Part shown: positions 26,246-35,948 of the stretch, piece by piece
How the letters are laid out: each line of letters begins with the position of its first letter
How positions within the stretch are numbered: position 1 is the stretch's first letter
Assembly (NCBI GenBank): GCA_041480785.1
Contig: JBGPAN010000002.1
Span: forward strand, 1 to 36,204
Source: Bacteroidota bacterium
Lineage (GTDB): Bacteria; Bacteroidota; Ignavibacteria; UBA10030
Direction: 5' to 3'
DNA: 36,204 nt
Notes under the pieces: generated by a model
Told to the model about the DNA's origin: nothing
The model's input: only the letters and a program-made list of their open reading frames with translations
The model's database searches: none
Translations under genes and position numbers: made by a program

Positions 26246-28384
26246 ATGAAAAAGACTCTCCTATCGATTCTGGAATATGGGTTCATTCTTGCTGCCATTG
26301 TTCTCACCGTGGCTTTTGTGGGTCTTCCAACCGGCCAAAATGCAGCCGTGCAGCAGTTTCCAAGCCCACCAATTCCGAAGCTGACCCAAGGAACCGAGCC
26401 CTGGGACAAGGATCTAAACCTTCCAACTCAAAGCGATCGGATTGTGCGCTACACGATGGATGTGAGGCTCGACGTGAAGACCAACATCATCAGCGGATCG
26501 GAGAAGCTTGAATGGAAGAACACCACTGGTCAACCTCAGCACGAGTTTCCCTTCCATCTCTACCATAATGCCTGGAAAAATAACCGGAGTACGTATGCCA
26601 AAGAAGAGGGCTGGGAGCTGGGACTATTCGAAGAGAGCGACCACAGCTATATAAATGTAAAGAGTATCAAAGTGGTGGACGCGAAGGGCGAGACGGATAT
26701 TACCGATACCTTCCGCTACATGCAGCCTGATGACGGAAACGCCGACGATCAGACGGTTTGCCAGGTGCGCATTCCGAAACCGGTGCCGGCAGGTCAATCT
26801 GTTGTCTTTAAAATTGAGTTTGAAACGAAACAGCCGCGACCTCTCACGCGTACAGGGGCAATACGGACGTACCACTTTGTGGGGCAGTGGTTCCCGAAGA
26901 TTGGAGTCTGGTGGAGGGGAGCCTGGAATTGTCATCAGTTTCATAGGACAACCGAATTCTTTGCCGACTACGGCGTGTACGACGTAAGGATCACTGTGCC
27001 ACAGGGTTATGTCGTCGGTGCGACCGGAGGAATTCCACGCAATATCGAAACCAACAAGGACAGCACCACCACGCATGAATTTTATCAGGAAGACATTCAC
27101 GATTTTGCCTGGGTGACGGCCCCAGATCTCATTCCGATGGTACGGAAATTCAAACATGTCGATATCGAGCCGGGCGAACGTGCAGATCGCCACCATCCCC
27201 TGCGGGAGGTCACGGTCATCCTTCTCACACAGCCACAGCACGACAACATGATCGACCGCTATTTTGACGCGACCTTTAAGGCGCTCCGATACTACGGCGA
27301 GTGGTATGGCGAGTATCCGTACGACGCCATTACAGTTGTTGACCCGGCGAACGGCAGTGAATCGGGAGGAATGGAATATCCGACACTCTTCACCGGCGGA
27401 ACGAATCGCTACTCACCCAAAGAGCAGTCATCACCGGAAGGGGTGACGGTCCACGAGTGCGGCCATCAATGGTGGTACGGAATGATCGGGAACAACGAGT
27501 TTGAAGAAGCCTGGCTCGACGAAGGGTTCAACACCTATTCCACAGACCGCACCATGAACGCTGGTTGGCCGCCGTTCAAATTAGGGCGGGCGTATTTCGG
27601 GGGACGCGGTGCCTATGAGCGCGTTGGTATTCCATACGTGTTCAATGAAGTTAACGAGCCGCCCCTGGGCCCCGGCGACAACGGGCTGCGATACCAGGGA
27701 AAGAACGATGTCATGGCAAGGAGGGGATGGGAATACTACAAGACATACAGTTTGAATTCCTACACCAAACCGGCACTCTCGCTTGTCACTCTCGAGCGGT
27801 ATCTTGGTGAAGAGATGATGTACAGGGTCATGCGCACCTATCATCACCGGTACCGGTTCAAGCACCCTACATCACAGGACTTCATCAACACCGTGAACGA
27901 GGTCAGCGCAAGAAACATGAACTGGCTGTTCGAAAACACCTGGTTCAGCTCGAACCTCTTCGACTACAGCATCGACCAGATCATCAACCAGCGGATTCCG
28001 AAACCTGACGGTGTTTTCACGATGAACGGGAAACCGGCAGACAGTTCCGCCCTCCTCCCCACCAAGATATTCGAATGCAGTGTCATCGTGAAGCGCCTGG
28101 GCGAAGCTGTCGCTCCTGTGGATGTTCTTATTATCTTCAAGAACGGGGAACAGAAACATGAACAATGGGACGGTCAGTACCGGTGGAAAAAGTTCTCCTA
28201 TCAGTCTGATTCACCGGTGAGTTACGCAATTGTCGACCCCGACAAGAAACTCGCCATGGACATCAATTATAACAACAACAGCAAGGTAGTGCGGGAACCC
28301 GGTTATCGCTCGCTCGCAGCCCGGAAGTACGCGTCCAAGTGGATGTTCTGGGTCCAGAACTACTTTGAGTTCGCTGCATTCTGA
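26246..28384 (+). CDS. M1-family (aminopeptidase N-like) zinc metallopeptidase, membrane-anchored or secreted
   Basis: GGAGGA upstream. N-terminal hydrophobic anchor. Exopeptidase-type GGMEYP motif. HECGH-x18-E zincin signature (HECGHQWWYGMIGNNEFEEAWLDEG). Confidence 0.9.
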   Translation: MKKTLLSILEYGFILAAIVLTVAFVGLPTGQNAAVQQFPSPPIPKLTQGTEPWDKDLNLPTQSDRIVRYTMDVRLDVKTNIISGSEKLEWKNTTGQPQHEFPFHLYHNAWKNNRSTYAKEEGWELGLFEESDHSYINVKSIKVVDAKGETDITDTFRYMQPDDGNADDQTVCQVRIPKPVPAGQSVVFKIEFETKQPRPLTRTGAIRTYHFVGQWFPKIGVWWRGAWNCHQFHRTTEFFADYGVYDVRITVPQGYVVGATGGIPRNIETNKDSTTTHEFYQEDIHDFAWVTAPDLIPMVRKFKHVDIEPGERADRHHPLREVTVILLTQPQHDNMIDRYFDATFKALRYYGEWYGEYPYDAITVVDPANGSESGGMEYPTLFTGGTNRYSPKEQSSPEGVTVHECGHQWWYGMIGNNEFEEAWLDEGFNTYSTDRTMNAGWPPFKLGRAYFGGRGAYERVGIPYVFNEVNEPPLGPGDNGLRYQGKNDVMARRGWEYYKTYSLNSYTKPALSLVTLERYLGEEMMYRVMRTYHHRYRFKHPTSQDFINTVNEVSARNMNWLFENTWFSSNLFDYSIDQIINQRIPKPDGVFTMNGKPADSSALLPTKIFECSVIVKRLGEAVAPVDVLIIFKNGEQKHEQWDGQYRWKKFSYQSDSPVSYAIVDPDKKLAMDINYNNNSKVVREPGYRSLAARKYASKWMFWVQNYFEFAAF

Positions 28385-28474
28385 CAAACCACGCACTGGT
28401 TTCAGGCGAGACTTTGACAAACGATTGGAAACATCTGTGAGCAATACGTTTCTCTCATTCCCCAGGAGGCGCAC

Positions 28475-30880
28475 ATGGCTATAGCCTTGATTGTGATTAT
28501 TCTTCTGGCACTGTTGGTGGGTCTTTTCGTGAAGTTCTTTTCTTTTTCTGCGAGGCTGGACCAAATTGAGTTCGATCTTCGGAAGGTCAAGCAACTTAGC
28601 AATATCCTCACTTCTCTCCAACACGAGCTTGAGATGCTAAAGAGCCGTGCAGCACCTGGTGCAGGGGAATCACCGGAGCCGGCCAGAATTCCCGCGGCGC
28701 AAGCTGAAACGCAGGCTCCCATTGCTCCGCCATCTCAGGCAAAAGCGGAGGTCGTGCCTGCAACCCCACAACCTGCGCAGACGTTCACGCCTCAGTTCGC
28801 CAATAAGCCGCCGCAACCATCTCGGAGTCGTGAAGAGTGGGAGGCATTCGTAGGCGGAAAGTTGCTGAATCGCATTGGCGCGCTTGCTCTGATCATCGGC
28901 ATTGGCCTGTTTCTCAAGCATGCATTTGATGAGAACTGGATTTCCGAGACCGTCCGTGTCTTGATTGGGGTGTTTGCCGGCATCCTCTGCCTCGCTGGTG
29001 CTCATCGCGCTCATTCCAAGGGGCTCAAAATCTTCGCTCAGGGATTGGCGGGAACGGGCATTGCCGTTCTTTACCTCTCGGTGTACGCCTCGTTCAGCTT
29101 CTATGCGCTCGTTCCGCAAGTGATGGCTTTCCTGTTGATGGCTCTCGTGACTACGCTAGCACTTGCTGTTGGATTCTATTACGACTCTCTCGCAGCCGCG
29201 CTCCTCGGCCTCTTCGGCGGATTTCTGACGCCGATCATGCTGAGCACCGGTCAATCGAACGAGATCGGACTCTTCACATATCTTGCGCTGTTGAATGTCG
29301 GTCTCCTGGGACTGCTTTTGAAAAAGGAATCGTGGGCCATCCTAGAGCCTCTGTCTTTTGTCGCTACGTGGCTTCTCTACGCCGCTTGGCATACCCGGTA
29401 CTATCAGCCAGAAGCTCTCTTCCTCACGATCTTCTTCATTGCGCTCTTTTGGCTGTTGTACTATGCTCTCGACATTTTTCGCGTGCTTCGCGCCCGCACG
29501 GGATTTCTTTCCATTCATCATCTCATCGCGGGCACCAACGTGACGATCTTCTACATCACTCTCTATGTTCTCCTTGACAAACAATACCACGAATGGATGG
29601 GGTTGGCAACAATCATTGTAGGCGTGGTGTATTTTGGGACGATCCTCCTTGCCGCTCGACGGACGGAGCCCACACCCATTGCAAAAGCCCGGTACCTGCT
29701 TGCATCCATGGCACTGTTGATCATCGCAACAGCAATTCAGTTTCATGATTTCAGAATCGTCATCGTTTGGTCGATCGAAGCAGTGGTCCTCATTTGGTGT
29801 GGATTGCATTGGCGTATCCGCTACGTTTGGCAGGTGGCTACATGGTTTTTTGGTTTTGTCATCCTCAAGTTTTTGGCCACGGACGGAGCCCTGCAATTCG
29901 ATCCAATCCGGCAGTTCACGCTGTTCGCCAGCGAGCGAACCCTGACGTTCGCGGTTGTCACTGCCTCCCTTGCGATTGGTGCATGGATCATGACAAGATT
30001 TCGCTCTCCCGGAAGCGACGAGACTGCCGATTGGACCAAAGATGCGCTTCATTTTGCATGGTGTGCCATGTTCTTCGCACTGTTAACCGTTGAAACGAAT
30101 GACTACTTCCGTTTGCAGAGTCTCGACCAACAGTCCACTGTTCTGGACATGATTGGCTACGCACAACTGATGACTCTGCCTGTGATTTGGATTCTTTGCT
30201 CTGCGTTTCTTCTGTGGCTGGGCATCAGGACGGAGGCACTCACCATCGTGATCGCCTCAATAGGATTTCTTGCATTGGCCGTTATTCTGGATGCTGCGCG
30301 CGGAATCAGCTATGAGCCCATAACAGGGTTTACTGCGCTCTTCAACAAACGGGCAGCCTCCATGTTGATAGTGCTTGTCGTAATGGTTGTTCAGGCCAGA
30401 ATGATGCTGGCTCGTCCGGAGAGCTGGGACTGGCTGCATACGACACTCGGTGTTCTTCAGGTCACAATCGTTGTATTCCTGCTGCTCTTCTTCACGGCTG
30501 AGACTCGTGACTATTTTGAGAACAGGATGACGGAGTTGTCCATTTCATCCACTGACACCGATATTTCGGCTCCTCTCGACCGCCTCCACAACCTTCAACA
30601 ACTCTCGCTTTCGGGAGTCTGGTTGCTCTATTCTGTTGCATTGATGGCATATGGAATATGGCGTTCTGTGCGCAATATTCGAATCGTTGCCTTCGTCCTC
30701 TTCGGCATCACGATCCTGAAGATCTTCGTGTACGATCTTTCGTTCCTCGAGACCACCTACCGGATTTGTTCGTTTATCGGCCTCGGTCTCATTTTGATGG
30801 CCGTTTCGTACGCATACCAGCGATATAAAGAACTGATCTTTGGAACGCCGGAACAGCGGGAGCGTTCGCTCCCTTCATGA
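28475..30880 (+). CDS. DUF2339-type large polytopic membrane protein
   Basis: AGGAGG upstream. N-terminal TM, a coiled segment, a Pro/Ala/Gln-rich linker, then REEWEAFVGGKLLNRIGALALIIGIGLFLKH followed by at least 20 hydrophobic helices. This is the architecture I associate with DUF2339. Confidence 0.8.
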   Translation: MAIALIVIILLALLVGLFVKFFSFSARLDQIEFDLRKVKQLSNILTSLQHELEMLKSRAAPGAGESPEPARIPAAQAETQAPIAPPSQAKAEVVPATPQPAQTFTPQFANKPPQPSRSREEWEAFVGGKLLNRIGALALIIGIGLFLKHAFDENWISETVRVLIGVFAGILCLAGAHRAHSKGLKIFAQGLAGTGIAVLYLSVYASFSFYALVPQVMAFLLMALVTTLALAVGFYYDSLAAALLGLFGGFLTPIMLSTGQSNEIGLFTYLALLNVGLLGLLLKKESWAILEPLSFVATWLLYAAWHTRYYQPEALFLTIFFIALFWLLYYALDIFRVLRARTGFLSIHHLIAGTNVTIFYITLYVLLDKQYHEWMGLATIIVGVVYFGTILLAARRTEPTPIAKARYLLASMALLIIATAIQFHDFRIVIVWSIEAVVLIWCGLHWRIRYVWQVATWFFGFVILKFLATDGALQFDPIRQFTLFASERTLTFAVVTASLAIGAWIMTRFRSPGSDETADWTKDALHFAWCAMFFALLTVETNDYFRLQSLDQQSTVLDMIGYAQLMTLPVIWILCSAFLLWLGIRTEALTIVIASIGFLALAVILDAARGISYEPITGFTALFNKRAASMLIVLVVMVVQARMMLARPESWDWLHTTLGVLQVTIVVFLLLFFTAETRDYFENRMTELSISSTDTDISAPLDRLHNLQQLSLSGVWLLYSVALMAYGIWRSVRNIRIVAFVLFGITILKIFVYDLSFLETTYRICSFIGLGLILMAVSYAYQRYKELIFGTPEQRERSLPS

Positions 30881-30911
30881 CATCAGAGGTTTTTCAATTA
30901 AGGAACATTCC

Positions 30912-31961
30912 ATGAAAATCATTTCCGCTTTCAAGCACGGCTTTTCCAGGGTCTCGCACACGAAGCGTATGGTGCTTTTCGCCTGGTTCGTCAACGTCGT
31001 AATCACTCTGCCGCTTGCCCTCCCCGTGCTTAGCCAACTCGACGGCTATCTCCGCAATACCGTCATGGATGAAAAAATCCTGCAGCGGATGGATGCCACG
31101 TGCGCCAACAGTTACCGGGCAGACATGGAAAACAGCGAGTTTCTACATGCTCTGGACTACTCGGTCTTCGGCTATGCTCCCTTTGTCAATCATCTTGAGA
31201 TGCAGATAAATGGCACATTCATCAAAACGCTCGGCGGGTTTCTCTATGACTTCTTCTTCCGATGGGAAATCAACAGAGCCTCGACATCGTTGCTCTTTCT
31301 GTTGAGCCTTTTGTATGTCTGCGTCAATAGCTTTCTCTCGGGGGCGTTCATCGGTGTCTACTCGAAAGAATATCCATTCTCTTTTACAGAATTCCTCTCA
31401 GAAGGAGCCAGGTACTTCGGCAAATTCTTCCGCATCGCTCTTGTTGCTTTGCTCGTCTATTTCTTGTTCTTCAATCTCGTCGTCGACTCGATCAACAATG
31501 GCATCGCGCGATGGACTCAATCAGAAGCATCGGAGACCGTGCCGTACACATACTATATGATTCGCAACGTGATTGTCCTTTTCGTATTTTCATTTCTTTC
31601 TATGATCTTCGATTATGCCCGCGTTCGCATGGTCGTGGATGACCGGACGAGTTCTCTCGCGGCAGCGGCGGCCGGAACAAAATTTGCGATGACGAATGCT
31701 CGCTCCACGTACGGATTGTATTTGCTCTTGTGTCTGATTGGGTTTGTTCTCATCGCATTGTATGCAATCATCGAGAAAGTGACCCCGCAGGATTCGTACT
31801 GGCCGCTTCTGTTTCTATTCGTCCTTCAGCAATGTTATATGCTTGCGCGGCTCGGGCTCAAGGCCGCTTTTTACGCTTGCCAAACCGGTTTGTACCAAAC
31901 CATTTCCTTTGAGCGGCACCTCAAGGACGCTGGAGCGCCTATAGCAACACCCAATATGTGA
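30912..31961 (+). CDS. Polytopic membrane protein of unknown function
   Basis: 349 aa from the ATG at 30912 (MKIISAFKHGF). Several TM helices. The upstream in-frame extension to 30840 overlaps the DUF2339 gene. Confidence 0.6.
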   Translation: MKIISAFKHGFSRVSHTKRMVLFAWFVNVVITLPLALPVLSQLDGYLRNTVMDEKILQRMDATCANSYRADMENSEFLHALDYSVFGYAPFVNHLEMQINGTFIKTLGGFLYDFFFRWEINRASTSLLFLLSLLYVCVNSFLSGAFIGVYSKEYPFSFTEFLSEGARYFGKFFRIALVALLVYFLFFNLVVDSINNGIARWTQSEASETVPYTYYMIRNVIVLFVFSFLSMIFDYARVRMVVDDRTSSLAAAAAGTKFAMTNARSTYGLYLLLCLIGFVLIALYAIIEKVTPQDSYWPLLFLFVLQQCYMLARLGLKAAFYACQTGLYQTISFERHLKDAGAPIATPNM

Positions 31962-32020
31962 GTCAAGGCCTAAGAACTTCCAACGTCACATATCCACCTA
32001 TTATCAAGGAGTCATTCCCA

Positions 32021-33907
32021 ATGTTTCGTATCCGACGTATTTCGGCTCTCATCGCACTACTGTACATCGTGCCCGCATCATTCCTCCTCAGCCAGGAACC
32101 TTATTCTCTTGCTGCGCATTATGATAAACATGAATACATGATTCCAATGCGCGACGGGGTCAAGCTGTTCACTGCTTTCTACACGCCAAAAGACACGACG
32201 ATCCGCTATCCGTTTCTGATGACACGAACTCCGTACAGTTCTGCACCATACGGCGAAAATTTCTATCCCCCATATATCGGTACTCAAGCCCTCAAGTTTG
32301 CCCAGGAAGGATATATCATAGTCATTCAGGACGTTCGAGGGCGCTACATGTCAGAGGGGACATATCTTAACGTTCGCCCGTACATCGAGAACAAGAAGAG
32401 CCCAAAAGACATCGACGAAAGCAGCGACACGTACGACACTGTGGACTGGCTCATCAAAAACATCCGGCACAATAATGGCCGTGTTGGGATATACGGGATT
32501 TCGTATCCCGGGTTTTATACCACCACCGGCACCATCGATGCGCACCCGGCGGTCAAGGCAACATCACCGCAGGCGCCAGTCTCAAAGTGGATGTCAGGAG
32601 ACGACTTTTTCCACAACGGTGCGTTTCTTCTACCGCACGCCTTCGATTTCTATGCCGGTTTTGGCTGGCCGCGACCTACACCGACCGAGCATGATTCCCG
32701 TCCGTTCGATCACGGAACGATTGATGGATACAAGTTCTTCCTCAACCTCGGACCGCTCCCCAACGCGAACACAAAGTACTTCAAGGACAGTGTCGCGTTC
32801 TGGAACGATATCATGAATCACGGCACGTGGGACAGCTTCTGGGAAGCCCGCAACATCCTGCCACACGTGAAGAATATCAAACCCGCCACCCTTGTAGTCG
32901 GCGGGTGGTATGATTCTGAGAACCTCTACGGCGCACTGAACCTTTACGCTGCCATCAACAACTTGAATCCCAAGAACCAAAACCGGCTTGTTATGGGCCC
33001 CTGGTCGCATGGCGAATGGGGCAGCGATAACGGCGACTCGCTCGGAAATATCAAGTGGGGTTCGGCAACGGGGAAGTTCTTCGTCGATAGCATTGTCGTT
33101 CCTTTCTTCAACTACTACCTGAAAGACAAGGGTCAACCTAATTTGGCGAAGGCGATGGTCTTTGAGACCGGAAACAACCTCTGGAGATTTCTCGACAACT
33201 GGCCGCCGAAGAATACAAAGACAACCGATCTGTACTTGGACAAGAAGAATCGTCTGTCGTTTACCCCACCGGTTCAAGGCGACCATTTAACGGACTACGA
33301 TGAATACGTCAGCGATCCTTTGAAGCCTGTCCCCTACACCGCGGAAATACGGCATTGGTACAATCCAGCCTTTCCGGTGGAAGATCAGCGCTTTGTTTGG
33401 ACTCGCCCCGATGTGCTCGTATATGAAACCGATGTCCTGACAGACGATATTACGGTTGCAGGACCAATCACGGCAAGTCTGTTCGTTTCAACGAGCGGTA
33501 CAGATTCCGATTGGATTGTCAAAGTCATCGATGTTTTACCAGAGGATTTCCCGATGACAGCTCAGGGCGGACAGAAAAATGATATGACGTTAAGGGGTGC
33601 TCAGAGGATGGTACGGGGTGACGTGTTAAGAGGTAAATTCAGAAACAGCCTGTCAAAGCCAGATCCTTTCGTCCCGAATCAACCCACGAAAATCGAATTC
33701 GTCTTGAACGATATCTACCACACGTTCAAGAAGGGACACCGGATCATGGTCCAGATCCAAAGCACCTGGTTCCCGATGATCGACCGCAATCCTCAGGTGT
33801 TTGTCGACATTTATCACGCGAAGGAATCGGATTTCCAGAAAGCGACTCAGCGCGTCTATCATACGCCGTCATTGAGCTCGCATCTAAAGCTGCAGGTTCT
33901 GAAATAG
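32021..33907 (+). CDS. CocE/NonD-family serine hydrolase (peptidase S15, X-Pro dipeptidyl-peptidase-like), secreted
   Basis: AAGGAG upstream of the ATG at 32021. Signal peptide. PMRDGVKLFTAFYTPKD...YPFLMTRTPY block. Nucleophile motif GISYPG. C-terminal beta-sandwich-like region. Confidence 0.85.
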   Translation: MFRIRRISALIALLYIVPASFLLSQEPYSLAAHYDKHEYMIPMRDGVKLFTAFYTPKDTTIRYPFLMTRTPYSSAPYGENFYPPYIGTQALKFAQEGYIIVIQDVRGRYMSEGTYLNVRPYIENKKSPKDIDESSDTYDTVDWLIKNIRHNNGRVGIYGISYPGFYTTTGTIDAHPAVKATSPQAPVSKWMSGDDFFHNGAFLLPHAFDFYAGFGWPRPTPTEHDSRPFDHGTIDGYKFFLNLGPLPNANTKYFKDSVAFWNDIMNHGTWDSFWEARNILPHVKNIKPATLVVGGWYDSENLYGALNLYAAINNLNPKNQNRLVMGPWSHGEWGSDNGDSLGNIKWGSATGKFFVDSIVVPFFNYYLKDKGQPNLAKAMVFETGNNLWRFLDNWPPKNTKTTDLYLDKKNRLSFTPPVQGDHLTDYDEYVSDPLKPVPYTAEIRHWYNPAFPVEDQRFVWTRPDVLVYETDVLTDDITVAGPITASLFVSTSGTDSDWIVKVIDVLPEDFPMTAQGGQKNDMTLRGAQRMVRGDVLRGKFRNSLSKPDPFVPNQPTKIEFVLNDIYHTFKKGHRIMVQIQSTWFPMIDRNPQVFVDIYHAKESDFQKATQRVYHTPSLSSHLKLQVLK

Positions 33908-33912
33908 GTGTG

Positions 33913-33967
33913 AAAAGCAATGACCCTCATCTTTCCCTGACATGTGCAGGAGATGAGGGTCATTTGC
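33913..33967. terminator. Intrinsic terminator hairpin between convergent genes
   Basis: GCAATGACCCTCATCT (33917-33932) pairs with AGATGAGGGTCATTTGC (33951-33967), giving a stem of about 16 bp with one bulge. On the - strand the stem is followed by TTTT (33913-33916), so it fits the - strand gene best. It may also stop the + strand S15 gene. Confidence 0.7.
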
Positions 33968-33993
33968 TGAGTGACAGAGCAGAATAGCGCGAC

Positions 33994-34596
33994 TTACTGG
34001 ATTTTCTCAGACATTTGCTTGACCAGGTTCTTGACGGCCTCGCGAAGCGCCTGTGCGTTTGGTGTGTTTCCTCCCTCCTCCTTGTCCAAATTGATGCTTC
34101 CCCATTCCGTGGAGACATCCGCACCGACCGATTTATCCGTTTTACTGCCGCTTGCACGAAAGCTCTCAATGAGCGTCCCGGTGGAGACCGAAATCAGATC
34201 GCCTTGAATAACAACCGATGCTGTGACAGTCCGCAACGAAGAGCCCAGCGACTGACCGAGAACCGAAATCCCCCCTACCCCTGATGAACTCTTGCTGACC
34301 TCCGCTTCAAGGATTGTACCAATAACCACGTAGGCGACTCCGTTTTTCTTTCCTAACTCCACCGCCTTGTCGAAATCGATCGATGTGGGTTCTTCGTCTT
34401 TGGGCTTTGGAACTTGAATGAATTTCGGTATGTACTTCTTGTTCTTCAGGAGCTCAGATCGAATGAATTTTGCTACTTGATCGCCAAGCTCAGGGCCGGC
34501 GTTCGCTGCGTCTTCGAATGGAAGGACTCCGATTTTCTGCGCCCATAACAAGGAAGGGAGTAGCGCCAGCAACAACGCTGCGATGAATGCCTTCAT
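33994..34596 (-). CDS. Secreted periplasmic protein with VLPFE-type (CsgG/FlgO/TolB-N-like) fold, function unknown
   Basis: The ATG at 34596 is preceded by GAGGAGGGG. Signal peptide MKAFIAALLLALLPSLLWAQ. KIGVLPFEDAANAG...VAKFIRSELL and later VTASVVIQGDLISVSTGTLIESF resemble small periplasmic CsgG-like domains. The upstream extension to 34734 is discounted. Confidence 0.65.
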   Translation of the reverse strand: MKAFIAALLLALLPSLLWAQKIGVLPFEDAANAGPELGDQVAKFIRSELLKNKKYIPKFIQVPKPKDEEPTSIDFDKAVELGKKNGVAYVVIGTILEAEVSKSSSGVGGISVLGQSLGSSLRTVTASVVIQGDLISVSTGTLIESFRASGSKTDKSVGADVSTEWGSINLDKEEGGNTPNAQALREAVKNLVKQMSEKIQ

Positions 34597-34838
34597 GATG
34601 CCCCTCCTCTGGAATTGCTTTATGATGCCGGAATCCCGGCGATAACGACGCCCGGCTTCCCTCGCTGCAATCGATGTGCATATCCAGTGTACACGAGCGC
34701 GGCCGTAAATGCAATCGAAAAAAGTTCGGAACATTCATCGGTGATCCGGCACTGACAAGTGCATTGGAATCTTCGACATCATCATACCATTGACCAGGAT
34801 GGAGGTTGGCAGTCACAGAGCGCCAGTCGTCATTTTCA

Positions 34839-34867
34839 TTGAGACTCTGGCCTTTTTTCGCTATTTT
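34839..34867 (+). promoter_or_regulatory. Candidate sigma-70-type promoter for the SDR gene
   Basis: TTGAGA (34839-34844), a 17-nt spacer, then TATTTT (34862-34867), about 60 nt upstream of the ATG at 34927. The surrounding sequence is T-rich. Confidence 0.35.
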
Positions 34868-34926
34868 AGTTTTTGTTCGACCCGCCGGTTATTCACCATT
34901 CATACACGCATTCTTCAGGATACTGC

Positions 34927-35946
34927 ATGGCTTCAGCGAACACCGTTTTTGTAACTGGCTCTACAGGGTTTATCGGAACCAAGCTTGTCAATGAACTTGT
35001 CCGGCTTGGCTATACCGTCCGTGCTCTCACCCGCGGCACAAGCAACACCGATGGGCTTTCACACGAGCGCATCACGCTCGTCACTGGCGACATTCTCGAC
35101 CGGAAATCACTCGAGCGCGGAATGCAAGGCTGTAACCAAGTGTTCCATCTTGCCGCGTACGCGAAAAACTGGGCAAGAGACCCAAAGGTGTTTTTCGAAC
35201 AGAACGTCGGCGGAATGCGCAACCTGTTCGAAGCAGCAGCGGCAGTCGGTGTAGAGCGTGTTGTCTTCACCTCGACGATCGTTGCGTTCGGGCCAACACC
35301 CCCGGGCGTGGTCGGAACCGAGAGCATGCCGCGCATAACGCAGCGATATTTCACAGAATATGAAGAGACAAAAACCATAGCTGAACGGGAGACCCTTCAG
35401 CTCGCGGCAAAAGGATTCCCGGTAGTGATTGTCAATCCCACGCGCGTTTATGGCCCCGGCAAACTTACCGAAGGCAACTCCGTGTCGCTGATGATCGACA
35501 TGTACGATAAGGGAAAGGTGCCCGTTCTGCTGAACCGCGGCAAGGACATTGGCAATTACGTATTGGTTGACGATCTGGTCCGTGGTCATATTTTGGCTAT
35601 GGAAAAAGGGAAGATTGGCGAGCGCTATATACTCGGAGGGGAGAATGCCTCCCTCAGACAACTGTTTCAACTCGTCGATGAGGTCAGCGGCAAAAAACAT
35701 TTTCAAATGAACCTTCCTCCGAAACTCGCCTACCTCTATTCTGGTATCGAAAAGAAAAAGGCTGAGTGGCTTGGCTTGTATCCGCAGATCACCCCGGGAT
35801 GGGTCGAGACCTTCTTGCAGCATTGGGTTTACTCTACGGCGAAAGCCGAACGCGAACTTGGCTACACGATAACGCCGCTCAAGGAAGGGGTTCGCATGAC
35901 CTACGAATGGCTACTCAGCCAAAGAACAAAAGGAAGGAGTTATTGA
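34927..35946 (+). CDS. NAD(P)-dependent extended-SDR epimerase/dehydratase/reductase
   Basis: Rossmann motif VFVTGSTGFIGTKL at the N-terminus from the ATG at 34927. Catalytic YxxxK (YEETK). 339 aa. Confidence 0.85.
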   Translation: MASANTVFVTGSTGFIGTKLVNELVRLGYTVRALTRGTSNTDGLSHERITLVTGDILDRKSLERGMQGCNQVFHLAAYAKNWARDPKVFFEQNVGGMRNLFEAAAAVGVERVVFTSTIVAFGPTPPGVVGTESMPRITQRYFTEYEETKTIAERETLQLAAKGFPVVIVNPTRVYGPGKLTEGNSVSLMIDMYDKGKVPVLLNRGKDIGNYVLVDDLVRGHILAMEKGKIGERYILGGENASLRQLFQLVDEVSGKKHFQMNLPPKLAYLYSGIEKKKAEWLGLYPQITPGWVETFLQHWVYSTAKAERELGYTITPLKEGVRMTYEWLLSQRTKGRSY

Positions 35947-35948
35947 AC

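Noticed and set aside
34845-34867. GGCC-TTTTTT tract that looked like an orphan + strand terminator, possibly the end of an sRNA, in the 330-nt divergent spacer.
   Set aside because: The upstream stem is only about 5+2 bp with a bulge. The T-rich stretch is better explained as the spacer and -10 of a TTGAGA-17-TATTTT promoter for the SDR gene.
425-35823. Other long antisense ORFs (425-1057, 1384-1848, 3990-4490, 20905-21462, 24613-25107, 25303-25812, 26624-27241, 28670-29119, 29342-30052, 32630-33286, 35107-35823).
   Set aside because: Each lies entirely inside a motif-supported gene on the opposite strand and shows biased Arg/His/Ser/Cys composition typical of non-coding frames.
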